A stretch of 64,000 bases of DNA from Chitinophagaceae bacterium. Lineage in GTDB: Bacteria; Bacteroidota; Bacteroidia; Chitinophagales; Chitinophagaceae. Positions 47,697-56,271 of this stretch are shown one piece after another. A program made the translations under genes and the position numbers. The stretch's first letter is position 1. Every line of letters starts with the position of its first letter. The notes under the pieces were generated by a model that ran no database searches, was not told where the DNA came from, and saw nothing but the letters and a program-made list of their open reading frames with translations. The stretch is taken from positions 3,403 through 67,402 of the forward strand of contig DASUTO010000281.1 in the NCBI GenBank assembly GCA_036374555.1. Direction: 5' to 3'.

Positions 47697-48390
47697 ATTC
47701 TTTCAAAAATTCCTGCAGTTCTTTGTCTTTTCCTTTGCCAGGAAAGCTTTCGGGCAAAGAGAATTTTAAATAATGTATCCTGTTACTTCCGGCAATATCC
47801 AATGATTCGTAATGTGTTTTAATTTTCAATTCATCACCGATACTTTCATTGCTATAAAGATCATCTGCGTCTTCAATAAGACCACAACTGTATTTTTCAA
47901 TTATGATTTTCGTGAAACGGTATAAATGCGGACTGTCGGTCTTTAAATGAATAAAACCATCTTTGGCAAGAAATTGCTTGTAAAGCCTGAGAAATTTTGG
48001 ATGTGTCAGTCTTTTTTTAGCCTTGCCAGTTCTTAATTGTGGATCAGGAAAAGTGATCCAGATCTCTTTTACTTCATCAGATGCAAAATATTCAGTAATA
48101 CGATCAATTTGAATTCTAAGAAAACCAACATTTGAAAGTTGAAGTTGCAAGGCTTTTTTTGCGCCTACCCAAATCCGATTCCCCTTTTGATCGATCCCAA
48201 TAAAATTCTTTTGAGGATAAAGTTTTCCCAGCCCAACAGCATATTCACCTTTTCCGCAGGCTAATTCCAGCGTGATCGGATTGTCGTTATTGAAAAATTC
48301 TTTCCACTTTCCTTTCATGCCTTCAGGGTATTGAAGCACGTTGGGAAAAGTTTTTAATTCAGCAAAGCGAATAAGTTTTTTTTGGCCCAT
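47683..48390 (-). CDS. trmB: tRNA (guanine46-N7)-methyltransferase
   Basis: I use the MGQKKLIRFAELKTFPNV start (48390). LELACGKGEY is SAM motif I; ITFPDPQ is family-typical. Confidence 0.85.
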   Translation of the reverse strand: MGQKKLIRFAELKTFPNVLQYPEGMKGKWKEFFNNDNPITLELACGKGEYAVGLGKLYPQKNFIGIDQKGNRIWVGAKKALQLQLSNVGFLRIQIDRITEYFASDEVKEIWITFPDPQLRTGKAKKRLTHPKFLRLYKQFLAKDGFIHLKTDSPHLYRFTKIIIEKYSCGLIEDADDLYSNESIGDELKIKTHYESLDIAGSNRIHYLKFSLPESFPGKGKDKELQEFLKEYESR

Positions 48391-48412
48391 GGGCGGCAAA
48401 GGTAGCAGAAAG

Positions 48413-48442
48413 TAAAAAGCCTTTCCGTATAAACAGAAAGGC
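48413..48442 (-). terminator. Intrinsic terminator A (second of a duplicated pair), 23 nt upstream of the trmB ATG
   Basis: Minus strand GCCTTTCTGT-TTAT-ACGGAAAGGC forms a 10-bp stem and is followed by TTTTTA. Confidence 0.6.
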
Positions 48443-48476
48443 AAACAATCACATGAGAGAATAGTAGCTGTAGGGG
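48419..48476 (-). repeat. 58-nt direct repeat, copy A (56/58 identical to 48551-48608)
   Basis: gcctttccgtataaacagaaaggcaaacaatcacatgagagaatagtagctgtagggg versus gccttcctgtataaacagaaaggcaaacaatcacatgagagaatagtagctgtagggg. Period 132 nt. Confidence 0.9.
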
Positions 48477-48540
48477 CCCCGATTGAATCGGGGCAGGGAG
48501 CAGGTAGACGAAAAGCTGCTCCTGATCATGATATTTCAAA

Positions 48541-48574
48541 AAACAAAAAAGCCTTCCTGTATAAACAGAAAGGC
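48541..48574 (-). terminator. Intrinsic terminator B, directly after the tRNA-like RNA candidate
   Basis: Minus strand GCCTTTCTGT-TTAT-ACAGGAAGGC forms a 10-bp stem and is followed by TTTTTTGTTT. Confidence 0.7.
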
Positions 48575-48608
48575 AAACAATCACATGAGAGAATAGTAGC
48601 TGTAGGGG
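48551..48608 (-). repeat. 58-nt direct repeat, copy B (covers the 3' acceptor strand, tail and terminator of the RNA candidate)
   Basis: See copy A. Confidence 0.9.
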
Positions 48609-48777
48609 GAGGGTTCGAACCTCCACGGAGAAGTTAGCTAAAAAGCAAAGTTTAGTGGTCAACCCTGGTCGGCCTTACCATTGGTAACGTCGGCTCTACT
48701 TTTCGTTTATCCTGTTATCTCCACCCCCGAGACGAGAGGGCATGTCTGCCGGGCTTACGCCATTTCATCACCCCACA
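48600..48777 (-). ncRNA. Unclassified structured RNA candidate (~178 nt) with a tRNA-like acceptor stem plus canonical T-arm
   Basis: On the minus strand, 5' (C)TGTGGGG (48778-48771) pairs with CCCTACA(G) (48607-48600). Immediately 5' of that lies GGAGG-TTCGAAC-CCTCC (48624-48608), a 5-bp stem with a T-loop-like heptaloop. Internal hairpins GGCA-GACA-TGCC and TTACC-AAT-GGTAA. Terminator B follows, and no ORF is present. Confidence 0.4.
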
Positions 48778-48880
48778 GTATGAATCGCGGATTGCACTGA
48801 TTATTGTATAAGGATTTCCCTGATTCAATCTGTGAAATCCATTTATAATCTATTAATCCGTGTTAAAGAGCTTGATAGAA

Positions 48881-48913
48881 CAAAAATAGGCCGTTTGACC
48901 TTTTCGTTCCAAA
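48881..48913 (-). promoter_or_regulatory. Candidate Bacteroidota sigma-A promoter reading toward the RNA candidate and trmB
   Basis: Minus strand TTTG (48913-48910), 21 nt, then TATTTTTG (48888-48881). This matches the TTTG-N19-21-TAnnTTTG consensus. Confidence 0.35.
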
Positions 48914-48990
48914 ATATTCAACAATTATTTTAAAAAATTAGATATTATTCAATTAAATTGCAATTCATTGAATTTATTTAAAAATAAGAT

Positions 48991-49461
48991 ATGGAAACGA
49001 CTTCTAAATTAAATCTTGACAAATTGGATCACCAGATCATTCATCATATGATGAATGATGCCAATGTTTCTTACGCTGAATTAGGAAAAAAGTTTTTTGT
49101 ATCCGCTGGAACGATCCATGTACGTATAAAAAAATTACAGGATTCAGGAATAGTAAAAGGAACAAGATTTAATGTAGATTTTAAAAAATTGGGGTATGAT
49201 GTAATAGCTTTTATAGGAATTTATTTAAAAGAAAGCTCCATGTATGATGCCGTGGCAAAAGAATTGGGTAAAATGCCCGAGATTGTACGATTAAACTACA
49301 CAACAGGTAATTATAGCATGTTTGCAGAAGTTGTATGCAGGGATATCGGGGAGTTAAAAATGGTGTTGCATGATCAACTTCAAAAAATAAAAGGGATCGA
49401 AAGGACGGAGACTTTTATTTCGCTTGAGGAAAGTTTTAGCCGCACTGTAAAAATTACTTAA
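48991..49461 (+). CDS. Lrp/AsnC family transcriptional regulator
   Basis: 156-aa ORF LDKLDHQIIHHMMNDANVSYAELGKKFFVSAGTIHVRIKKLQDSGIV (HTH), followed by a RAM-like domain. Confidence 0.85.
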   Translation: METTSKLNLDKLDHQIIHHMMNDANVSYAELGKKFFVSAGTIHVRIKKLQDSGIVKGTRFNVDFKKLGYDVIAFIGIYLKESSMYDAVAKELGKMPEIVRLNYTTGNYSMFAEVVCRDIGELKMVLHDQLQKIKGIERTETFISLEESFSRTVKIT

Positions 49462-49529
49462 AGACTCTACGGTTTCCTCAATACATGAAATAATCTTACC
49501 TTTAATTTTCGTTTAAACTGGTTTTTTTT

Positions 49530-49949
49530 ATGAAGAAAGTTTTGTTACAAATATTGATAGTGCCTGTAATTATATTAGGTATCGGAAGTTGCTCTGACAA
49601 AGGTGGCGGTGGCGGTGGAGGAGGTACAACCGAAGCTAACCTTGCCGTTACGTTGAACCCCCCTGCAGGTTCAACTCAGCCTGCTGCACCGCAAAACGAT
49701 TTTCCACTTACAGTTACCATTACATCTGCTATGCCTCCACAAGGCGTCACTATTGATGTGAAAGTGGCCCCGGATGGATCAACTACAAATTTTTTTACTG
49801 AATCAAAATCCGCGACTGCGCCTACTACGGCTTTTACAATAACCGGCACGCCAACGAGTGTCGTTTGTGTAACAACTGTTACTGTTACATCCAAAACAAA
49901 AGCCACTAATACATGGACCGGTAGTTATCGATATACAAGAAAGCCGTAA
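49530..49949 (+). CDS. Small lipoprotein with a poly-Gly linker, unknown function
   Basis: Lipobox ILGIGSC followed by SDKGGGGGGGG, then a T/P/A-rich beta domain. Confidence 0.55.
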   Translation: MKKVLLQILIVPVIILGIGSCSDKGGGGGGGGTTEANLAVTLNPPAGSTQPAAPQNDFPLTVTITSAMPPQGVTIDVKVAPDGSTTNFFTESKSATAPTTAFTITGTPTSVVCVTTVTVTSKTKATNTWTGSYRYTRKP

Positions 49950-49953
49950 TCAA

Positions 49954-51054
49954 TTAACGAACATCTAGAGCATCACGAAGTCCATTACCCAGTAAATTAA
50001 AAGCCAGCACTAATAACATTATAGCGAAGCCCGGTGCCAACGCAAGCATCGGGTTTTGTGTTATTATGAAACTATAATTTTCTTTTATCATCAATCCCCA
50101 GCTTGGTTGAGGAGGTTGTACCCCCACTCCCAAAAAACTTAAGCCAGCTTCAATAACAATGGCTGATGCAAAATTAGATGCAGCAATAACCAAAACAGGT
50201 CCCATGATATTTGGAAGTATATGACGAAAGATCGTTCTGAAATGTGAGAAACCGAGAACTCTTGTTGCTTCAATATATTCCAATTCCCGTATTGATAAAA
50301 CCTGTCCGCGAACGAGCCTGGCCACGTTTACCCACATGGTTAGACCTACCGCTATAAATACTTGCCAAAACCCTTTTCCTAATGCAAAAGTGATAGCAAA
50401 CACAAGTAGCAAAGTGGGAATGCTCCAAATGATATTTGTGAGCCACATTATAATGTTGTCAATCCTTCCCCGGAAATAACCAGCCAGTGAACCGAGTAAT
50501 ACACCAATAGAAAGAGAGATGATCACAGTAATTAGTCCGACACTTAAGCTTACCCTTGTACCAATAATGATCCGGCTTAAAATATCACGACCAAACTTAT
50601 CGGTGCCTAACCAGAACTTTTTTATTGTAGTAAATGATGCCGGCAGTTCATTGATTGCAAATGTTCTTTCTTCTTCCACGCCATCATCAATAAATTTTAA
50701 AGCAACGATCGAATCTTTATGAATAGAATGATAACCATTGATCGGGATAAATTCATATTTATCATCCGATCCATGCAATAAATGATTTAAGAAGCCGGTC
50801 TTTGCAGTTGTTTCTTTCGGAACTTTTAAAAATGTTTTTTTGAAACCGGGCTTTTGTTTTCGTATCTCAAGAATTATCCTGTTTGCATAGGGTGATGAAT
50901 CAGGGGCAATGAAATAAGAAAAGATCGCTGTGAATATTGCAAGAATAATAATGATAAGACCCGCAATAGCACCTTTGTTTTTTTTCAAACGCTTCCATGC
51001 AGCCTGCTGTAATAATGTTGATGCAATACTCATGCGAGGGAAAGATACAACCAA
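49954..51054 (-). CDS. ABC transporter permease (DppC/OppC-like), no cognate ATPase or binding protein adjacent
   Basis: 366-aa ORF. ...EYIEATRVLGFSHFRTIFRHILPN... is an EAA-loop-like motif. The N-terminal periplasmic insert is typical of OppC-type permeases. Confidence 0.75.
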   Translation of the reverse strand: MVVSFPRMSIASTLLQQAAWKRLKKNKGAIAGLIIIILAIFTAIFSYFIAPDSSPYANRIILEIRKQKPGFKKTFLKVPKETTAKTGFLNHLLHGSDDKYEFIPINGYHSIHKDSIVALKFIDDGVEEERTFAINELPASFTTIKKFWLGTDKFGRDILSRIIIGTRVSLSVGLITVIISLSIGVLLGSLAGYFRGRIDNIIMWLTNIIWSIPTLLLVFAITFALGKGFWQVFIAVGLTMWVNVARLVRGQVLSIRELEYIEATRVLGFSHFRTIFRHILPNIMGPVLVIAASNFASAIVIEAGLSFLGVGVQPPQPSWGLMIKENYSFIITQNPMLALAPGFAIMLLVLAFNLLGNGLRDALDVR

Positions 51055-51055
51055 A

Positions 51056-52171
51056 CTATTTTACCCGGCGACCCTTCCATTCAAAACTTCCAAAGACCCC
51101 AAGCCAACCCGCAATAACAGTATATACAATATGCAATGGTTGAAAAAAGGGGAATAAGCGTAGTAGTTTTTGTTTATTATAAAATCCTGCAACAGGATAG
51201 AGGAATATTAATTCAATGATCGTTTTTACAACAAGGATACCGGCCAAACCCAACCACAAAAAAGGTATCCAGAAGCCTGTTATAAATAATGCTAACAGAG
51301 CACAGTTAAGAAAGTAGACAAGAAATAAGGTGGAGAAGATCTTTATATCATTGTAATTCGTGGCTTTGCTTGCCCAGCGAATGCGTTGGCTAAAAAACTC
51401 TTTCCATGTTTTTGATGCTTTTGTAGTAACGATAGCATCTTTTGATAGCAAATAAGAAATTTTTTCAGGAAACCGTTGCGCAAACTTTTGCATTAGTAAC
51501 ATATCATCGCCGGAAGCTATATGATCAATACCGGCAAAACCATTTACATCAAGAAAAGCTTTTTTTTCATAAGCAAGATTGGCGCCGTTGCACATGTTAT
51601 GAATTTTTTTTTGTGCTGATGCCGCCGTGATGCCCTGTAATACAAGGAAGTCAAGTGCTTGAAATGTTTGTAAAAGTGTTGAATCGTTTTCCATCACAAC
51701 CGGGGCAGTAAGAAAAACGGCCTTTGTATCTTCTTTGAATGCTGCAATTGTTCTTAACCAGTTTTCCTGTACAATACAATCGGCATCGGTTGTAACGATC
51801 AGATCACCCGAAGCTGCAGCAATACCTGTCTCAATTGCCTTCTTTTTATACGAATTGATATTGTGGGATTCAAGTCTTAGAAGCTTAGCAAATGAAAAAG
51901 TGTTTACTATCGTTGCTGTATTATCTGTGGAATGATCATCAATAATTATGACTTCATAAAGATGTTTCGGATAGGTTTGTCTTTCAATCGAAGATAAAAG
52001 CTTTCCAATATTCTCTTCTTCATTCCGCGCTGGAATTATTACCGAGATCTTTATAAGGGCCTCCTGGCCAGGTTGGGAATAGGGCTTTAATTCCTGCCAG
52101 CCATTATGATAATATAATATCAGTAAGGAATAGAGAGCAAACAGGACAATACTTATATAAACGAGAATCAT
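51056..52171 (-). CDS. Family 2 glycosyltransferase with C-terminal TM helices
   Basis: 371-aa ORF with VIIPARNEEENI, IIDDHSTDNT, TDADC and QRIRWA (a Q/RxxRW-like motif). Confidence 0.8.
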   Translation of the reverse strand: MILVYISIVLFALYSLLILYYHNGWQELKPYSQPGQEALIKISVIIPARNEEENIGKLLSSIERQTYPKHLYEVIIIDDHSTDNTATIVNTFSFAKLLRLESHNINSYKKKAIETGIAAASGDLIVTTDADCIVQENWLRTIAAFKEDTKAVFLTAPVVMENDSTLLQTFQALDFLVLQGITAASAQKKIHNMCNGANLAYEKKAFLDVNGFAGIDHIASGDDMLLMQKFAQRFPEKISYLLSKDAIVTTKASKTWKEFFSQRIRWASKATNYNDIKIFSTLFLVYFLNCALLALFITGFWIPFLWLGLAGILVVKTIIELIFLYPVAGFYNKQKLLRLFPFFQPLHIVYTVIAGWLGVFGSFEWKGRRVK

Positions 52172-52255
52172 GCGTTAAGGCAAATCTAAATAAACAATGG
52201 TAATCAGGAAGAAAGAGGAAACATAGGCTGGTAAAGAAAAATTCGCGAAAATTAG

Positions 52256-52310
52256 TTTGACTTACCAAAGCTAATTGGTAAATTTGAATAGTTGTATAAA
52301 CAACTATATG
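52256..52310 (+). promoter_or_regulatory. marR promoter with two flanking perfect inverted repeats (candidate operators)
   Basis: TTTG (52256-52259), 20 nt, then TAAATTTG (52280-52287). IR1 is TTACCAA-N6-TTGGTAA (52262-52281). IR2 is ATAGTTGT-ATAA-ACAACTAT (52288-52307) and ends at the ATG at 52308. Confidence 0.45.
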
Positions 52311-52748
52311 TCAAACAACCATTTTAAGAAAGGCGAACTATACAGTTTTATTACCGGGAAAGCTTCAACCGCTATTGCCAGGAGGCTTCAGAAAAAATTC
52401 AATTCCTCGGGCATGAATCTGACAATTGAACAATGGAGTGTGCTGTATCATTTGTGGAAGCAGGATGGGATCAGTCAGCAGGAATTATGCAACGCCACTT
52501 TTCGTGATAAGCCCAGTATAACAAGGTTGGTCGATAATCTTGAAAAACTGAACCTGGTAAAAAGAGTGGCATCGGAAAATGACCGTCGGATTAATAAGAT
52601 CTTTTTGACAAAGCAGGCGCAGAGACTGCAGGATCAAACGATGGAACTGGCAGAAGAAACGTTGAATGAAGCATTAAGTACTGTACCTCCAGAAAAAATT
52701 GAAGTCTGTAAAGAAGTGTTGCAGATCGTGTACGATAATTTGAAATAA
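52308..52748 (+). CDS. MarR family transcriptional regulator
   Basis: I use the MSNNHFKKGE start. ...LTIEQWSVLYHLWKQDGISQQELCNATFRDKPSITRLVDNLEKLNLVKR... is a winged HTH. Confidence 0.85.
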   Translation: MSNNHFKKGELYSFITGKASTAIARRLQKKFNSSGMNLTIEQWSVLYHLWKQDGISQQELCNATFRDKPSITRLVDNLEKLNLVKRVASENDRRINKIFLTKQAQRLQDQTMELAEETLNEALSTVPPEKIEVCKEVLQIVYDNLK

Positions 52749-52924
52749 CCCGCTGTCCTCCGCCTCAGGCGGAGTGACTTAGGTTGTACAAACTTTTTGG
52801 AAATCGGAATTATATGACAAATAGCATTACAAGAGTACAAGAGAGTGCGACGCAACAAGCGATGATAGTAGTAATTCAGTTCGGTAATTAAATATTAACC
52901 TACTAAACTTTTAAACTTAATACT

Positions 52925-54718
52925 ATGAGCACTGAAGTAAAACAATCAGCAGCCCTAAAAGGTGGAGAATGGCTGATAAAAGAATCTTCACCATTTGACG
53001 TGTTCACTCCTGAAAATTTTTCAGAAGAACAACTGATGATCCGCGACATGTGTGAGCAGTATCTCGATAAAGAAGTATACCCGATACTTGATCGCATCGA
53101 TGCGTTGGAGCCGGGTTTGATGAAAAGCCTTGTTAGAAAAGCCGGTGAGCAAGGATTGCTGGCAGTTTCTTTTCCGGAAGAATATGGAGGTTTGGGAAAG
53201 GATTTTGTTACATCGACAATCGTGAATGAATATCTCGGTGCAGGACATTCTTTTTCAGTTGCTATTGCTGCACATACGGGAATTGGTACGTTACCAATTT
53301 TATATTTCGGTACTCCTGAACAAAAGAAAAAATATATTCCAAAACTGATCACTGGTGAATGGGCGGGAGCATACGGATTAACCGAACCAAATAGCGGAAG
53401 TGATGCACTCGGAGCTAAAACAACTGCAAAACTCAGCGACGATGGAAAGTTTTATTTGATCAATGGACAAAAATGCTGGATCACAAATGGAGGGTTTGCA
53501 AATGTGTATACTGTATTTGCAAAAGTTGATGGCGATAAATTTACAGGGTTTATTATTGAAAGAGGAACTGAAGGTTTTACACAGGGCCCCGAAGAACATA
53601 AGATGGGAATTAAAGGGTCATCAACGGTTCAATTATATTTCCAGGATTGTAAAGTACCGGTAGAAAATTTATTGGGAGAAATTGGCAAAGGTCATAAGAT
53701 CGCTTTTAATATTTTAAATATTGGTCGTTTGAAATTAGCGGCCGCAGCATTGGGTGGTTCAAAAAGAGCAGCAACAGATTCGGTGCAGTATGCGAAAACA
53801 AGAGAACAATTCAAACAACCAATTGCAAATTTTGGTGCTATCAAGCATAAGATCGCTGAAATGGCAATTAAGATATTTGTTGGTGAAAGTGCATTGTACC
53901 GCACGGCAAACTGGATCGATAAAAAAGAGCATGAATTACTTGCTGCCGGTAAACCGTTTAATGAGGCATTATTGGGTGGCGCGGAAGAATATGCGATCGA
54001 ATGCGCCATGCTGAAAGTTTTTGGAAGCGAAGTATTGGATTTCGTGGTTGATGAAGGCGTGCAGATCCATGGGGGTAATGGTTTCAGCGCTGAGTATAAT
54101 ATCTCAAGAGCTTATCGGGATAGTCGTATCAACAGGATATATGAAGGTACAAATGAGATCAATCGCCTGCTTACACTTGATATGACGTTGAAGAGAGCTA
54201 TGCAGGGACGACTCGACCTGATGGGACCAGCGATGTCTGTACAAAAAGAATTGATGAGCATTCCGGATTTCGGCGCTGAAGAAGAAGGAACATTTGTGAA
54301 AGAGAAAAAATTGATCGCTAATCTTAAGAAAGCGATATTAATGGCATCCGGTGCAGCAGTTCAAAAGCTGATGATGAAAATTGAGAATGAGCAGGAGGTA
54401 TTGATGAATCTTGCCGACATGGCCATTGAAACATTTAATGCAGAAAGTGTTTTATTACGTGTGATGAAGATGGTTGATCAAAAAGGAGAAGCAGCCAGCG
54501 CCAATCATATTGACATTATGCGTACCTATTTATATGATGCCGCTGATAATGTGAATAAGTTTGGTAAAGACGCGATCAATTCATTTGCCGAAGGAGATGA
54601 GCAACGCATGATATTAATGGGCTTGAAAAGATTTACAAAAGCAGAACCATTTAATACCAAGGATGCAAGACGTAGAATAGCTGATAAAATGATAAGTGAA
54701 GGAAAATATTGTTTCTAA
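52925..54718 (+). CDS. Long-type acyl-CoA dehydrogenase
   Basis: 597-aa ORF with GAYGLTEPNSGSDA, CWITNGGFA, QIHGGNGFSAEY and RIYEGTNEINR. Confidence 0.9.
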   Translation: MSTEVKQSAALKGGEWLIKESSPFDVFTPENFSEEQLMIRDMCEQYLDKEVYPILDRIDALEPGLMKSLVRKAGEQGLLAVSFPEEYGGLGKDFVTSTIVNEYLGAGHSFSVAIAAHTGIGTLPILYFGTPEQKKKYIPKLITGEWAGAYGLTEPNSGSDALGAKTTAKLSDDGKFYLINGQKCWITNGGFANVYTVFAKVDGDKFTGFIIERGTEGFTQGPEEHKMGIKGSSTVQLYFQDCKVPVENLLGEIGKGHKIAFNILNIGRLKLAAAALGGSKRAATDSVQYAKTREQFKQPIANFGAIKHKIAEMAIKIFVGESALYRTANWIDKKEHELLAAGKPFNEALLGGAEEYAIECAMLKVFGSEVLDFVVDEGVQIHGGNGFSAEYNISRAYRDSRINRIYEGTNEINRLLTLDMTLKRAMQGRLDLMGPAMSVQKELMSIPDFGAEEEGTFVKEKKLIANLKKAILMASGAAVQKLMMKIENEQEVLMNLADMAIETFNAESVLLRVMKMVDQKGEAASANHIDIMRTYLYDAADNVNKFGKDAINSFAEGDEQRMILMGLKRFTKAEPFNTKDARRRIADKMISEGKYCF

Positions 54719-54722
54719 AATA

Positions 54723-55466
54723 TTAATTTAATCTCCATTCACCGGTTATTCTTTTTGGGTTAGCCGGTTTTTTTTCGTCTGCAAAAAAGCTCATTAATTC
54801 CCTACGGGTGATCAATAGCTCATATAATTTCTTTTTTCTTTTGCTATCTATATAAAGACCAACTGAGAGGATACCGCAATAAATTATAGTAATAAAATAA
54901 TAAATAAGGAAAAGGCTCTCAATATCAGGCAAGGCGATCACATAGTGCATTACGTATATAATGATAAAGCAACCATAGGCAAAGCTGAGAGCTGATGCTA
55001 TAATAGCTTTCCCTATAAACTTATTATGAACAAAACTACGTTTGACGGTATAAACAAAATAGGCTAACGAATATCCAAACACTATCAGCAGCCCTGGTCC
55101 GATCGTTAGTGTTATTGTTTTAATAGTCATGCCAAACATTGCGATCAAAATGACCTCAAAAACAATAAATGCTGCCAGTAATATTTTCATTGTCTTTATT
55201 TGGGAAGAAGAGGCCACCTGGAATATCAGGAATGCAAGGATAAGAGGCATGTCTGTAAGATTATTGATAATGCCATAATACCGTTCAATGGTTTTTGGAA
55301 CACTTACCAGGTGCTCGGTCATCAGGTTGAAACCAAATGCAAGGACACACCAAATAAACAAAGGAAGATATTGTTTGTAACGGATCAATTTAGTTACGAC
55401 AATAACACATACAGGTGCGAAAAGAGCAATTGTTGATAAAATTCCTATGGCGTCATGCCAGTTCAT
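54723..55466 (-). CDS. Polytopic (about 7 TM) membrane protein, unknown function
   Basis: 247-aa hydrophobic ORF with a basic C-terminal tail. No motif recognised. Confidence 0.5.
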   Translation of the reverse strand: MNWHDAIGILSTIALFAPVCVIVVTKLIRYKQYLPLFIWCVLAFGFNLMTEHLVSVPKTIERYYGIINNLTDMPLILAFLIFQVASSSQIKTMKILLAAFIVFEVILIAMFGMTIKTITLTIGPGLLIVFGYSLAYFVYTVKRSFVHNKFIGKAIIASALSFAYGCFIIIYVMHYVIALPDIESLFLIYYFITIIYCGILSVGLYIDSKRKKKLYELLITRRELMSFFADEKKPANPKRITGEWRLN

Positions 55467-55649
55467 GAATAATGGTTTTGATAGGATAAGATTTACACTT
55501 ATTTTGAATCAATTATTAAACGGCATGTTGTACCCAGTAGTGTAATAAAGGACTGATTTATAGGAAAATCGAGCAAAAGTGCTTACTCATCAGGTAATAA
55601 TACCAGTATCTTTATCGGAGTTTCTTTGTGCCAGAACATGAAAGAAATA

Positions 55650-56057
55650 CTAATCCTTTTTTGCGTGTTTAAGATCAGGTCTGGGGAAGCCATCGTGGCA
55701 GGTATAACACGAAACTGCCATTGTCTCACCAGCTTTGTAAACAATGGTGTAATCAAAATAATCTTTATTCACTGCGGCGGTTAATTTCATCATCATCCTT
55801 GTAATTTCTTTTTCAGGTTTATCATCGCTTGCATAATCTATATCATCCTTTATGGTCTTACTTTCTGCATGACAAAACTCACAGGATACATTCAGGGCTT
55901 TTGAATAACCTTCCATTACAGAGTCAAGGTCTGCATTGCTGATATCCTTTGGCAACACTTTCAGGTTTCTTTCTTTATTCGATACTGGTTTCGTGGCGGC
56001 AATTCCAATAATGACAAATGCAAATAAACCAAGGACCACTATAATTTTATTTTTCAT
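55650..56057 (-). CDS. Small membrane-anchored c-type cytochrome (reaction-centre cytochrome c-like family), two CxxCH
   Basis: 135-aa ORF with NLKVLPKDIS...CEFCH...KPEKEITRMMMKLT...CYTCHDGFPRP. Confidence 0.7.
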   Translation of the reverse strand: MKNKIIVVLGLFAFVIIGIAATKPVSNKERNLKVLPKDISNADLDSVMEGYSKALNVSCEFCHAESKTIKDDIDYASDDKPEKEITRMMMKLTAAVNKDYFDYTIVYKAGETMAVSCYTCHDGFPRPDLKHAKKD

Positions 56058-56271
56058 AAAGAGGGTTTGAGTTTCGAATCAATTGATATTATTATAAACA
56101 CTCTACAAGATAATATACAAACCGGCCGCCATACAAGAAAATTTATAAGATGCAAATACGGCTTGACTACCTGGTGAAATCACCGCAGACTGGCTTTTGG
56201 GGGCACTGCTATCTATCATTTCATCTTCATACCGGTAACTTTGAACAAAACACACTATTATACCTTCATAG

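Noticed and set aside
48419-48608. Mini CRISPR array (two identical repeats with a spacer)
   Set aside because: There are only two copies. The repeat is 58 nt and contains a terminator hairpin plus a U-tract. There are no cas genes and no further repeats.
48354-48662. 102-aa minus-strand ORF in the supplied track
   Set aside because: It runs through both copies of the 58-nt repeat and both terminator hairpins, giving the internally duplicated peptide LQLLFSHVIVCLSVYT. It also overlaps the trmB start region, so it is an artefact of the repeat.
48600-48777. tmRNA (ssrA), RNase P RNA or an ordinary tRNA as the identity of the tRNA-like RNA
   Set aside because: tmRNA needs 5' GGGG..., a 3' ...UCCACCA-type end with a G3-U70 pair, a tag reading frame ending in hydrophobic residues plus a stop, and about 350-400 nt. 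Here the stem is UGUGGGG/CCCUACA, no ...ALAA*-like tag is present and the span is 178 nt. The universal RNase P motif GGAAAGTCCGG is absent on both strands. No D-arm or anticodon arm can be drawn at tRNA spacing; the nearest alternative 5' strand (AGTAGAG) gives two mismatches and a 100-nt span with no cloverleaf.
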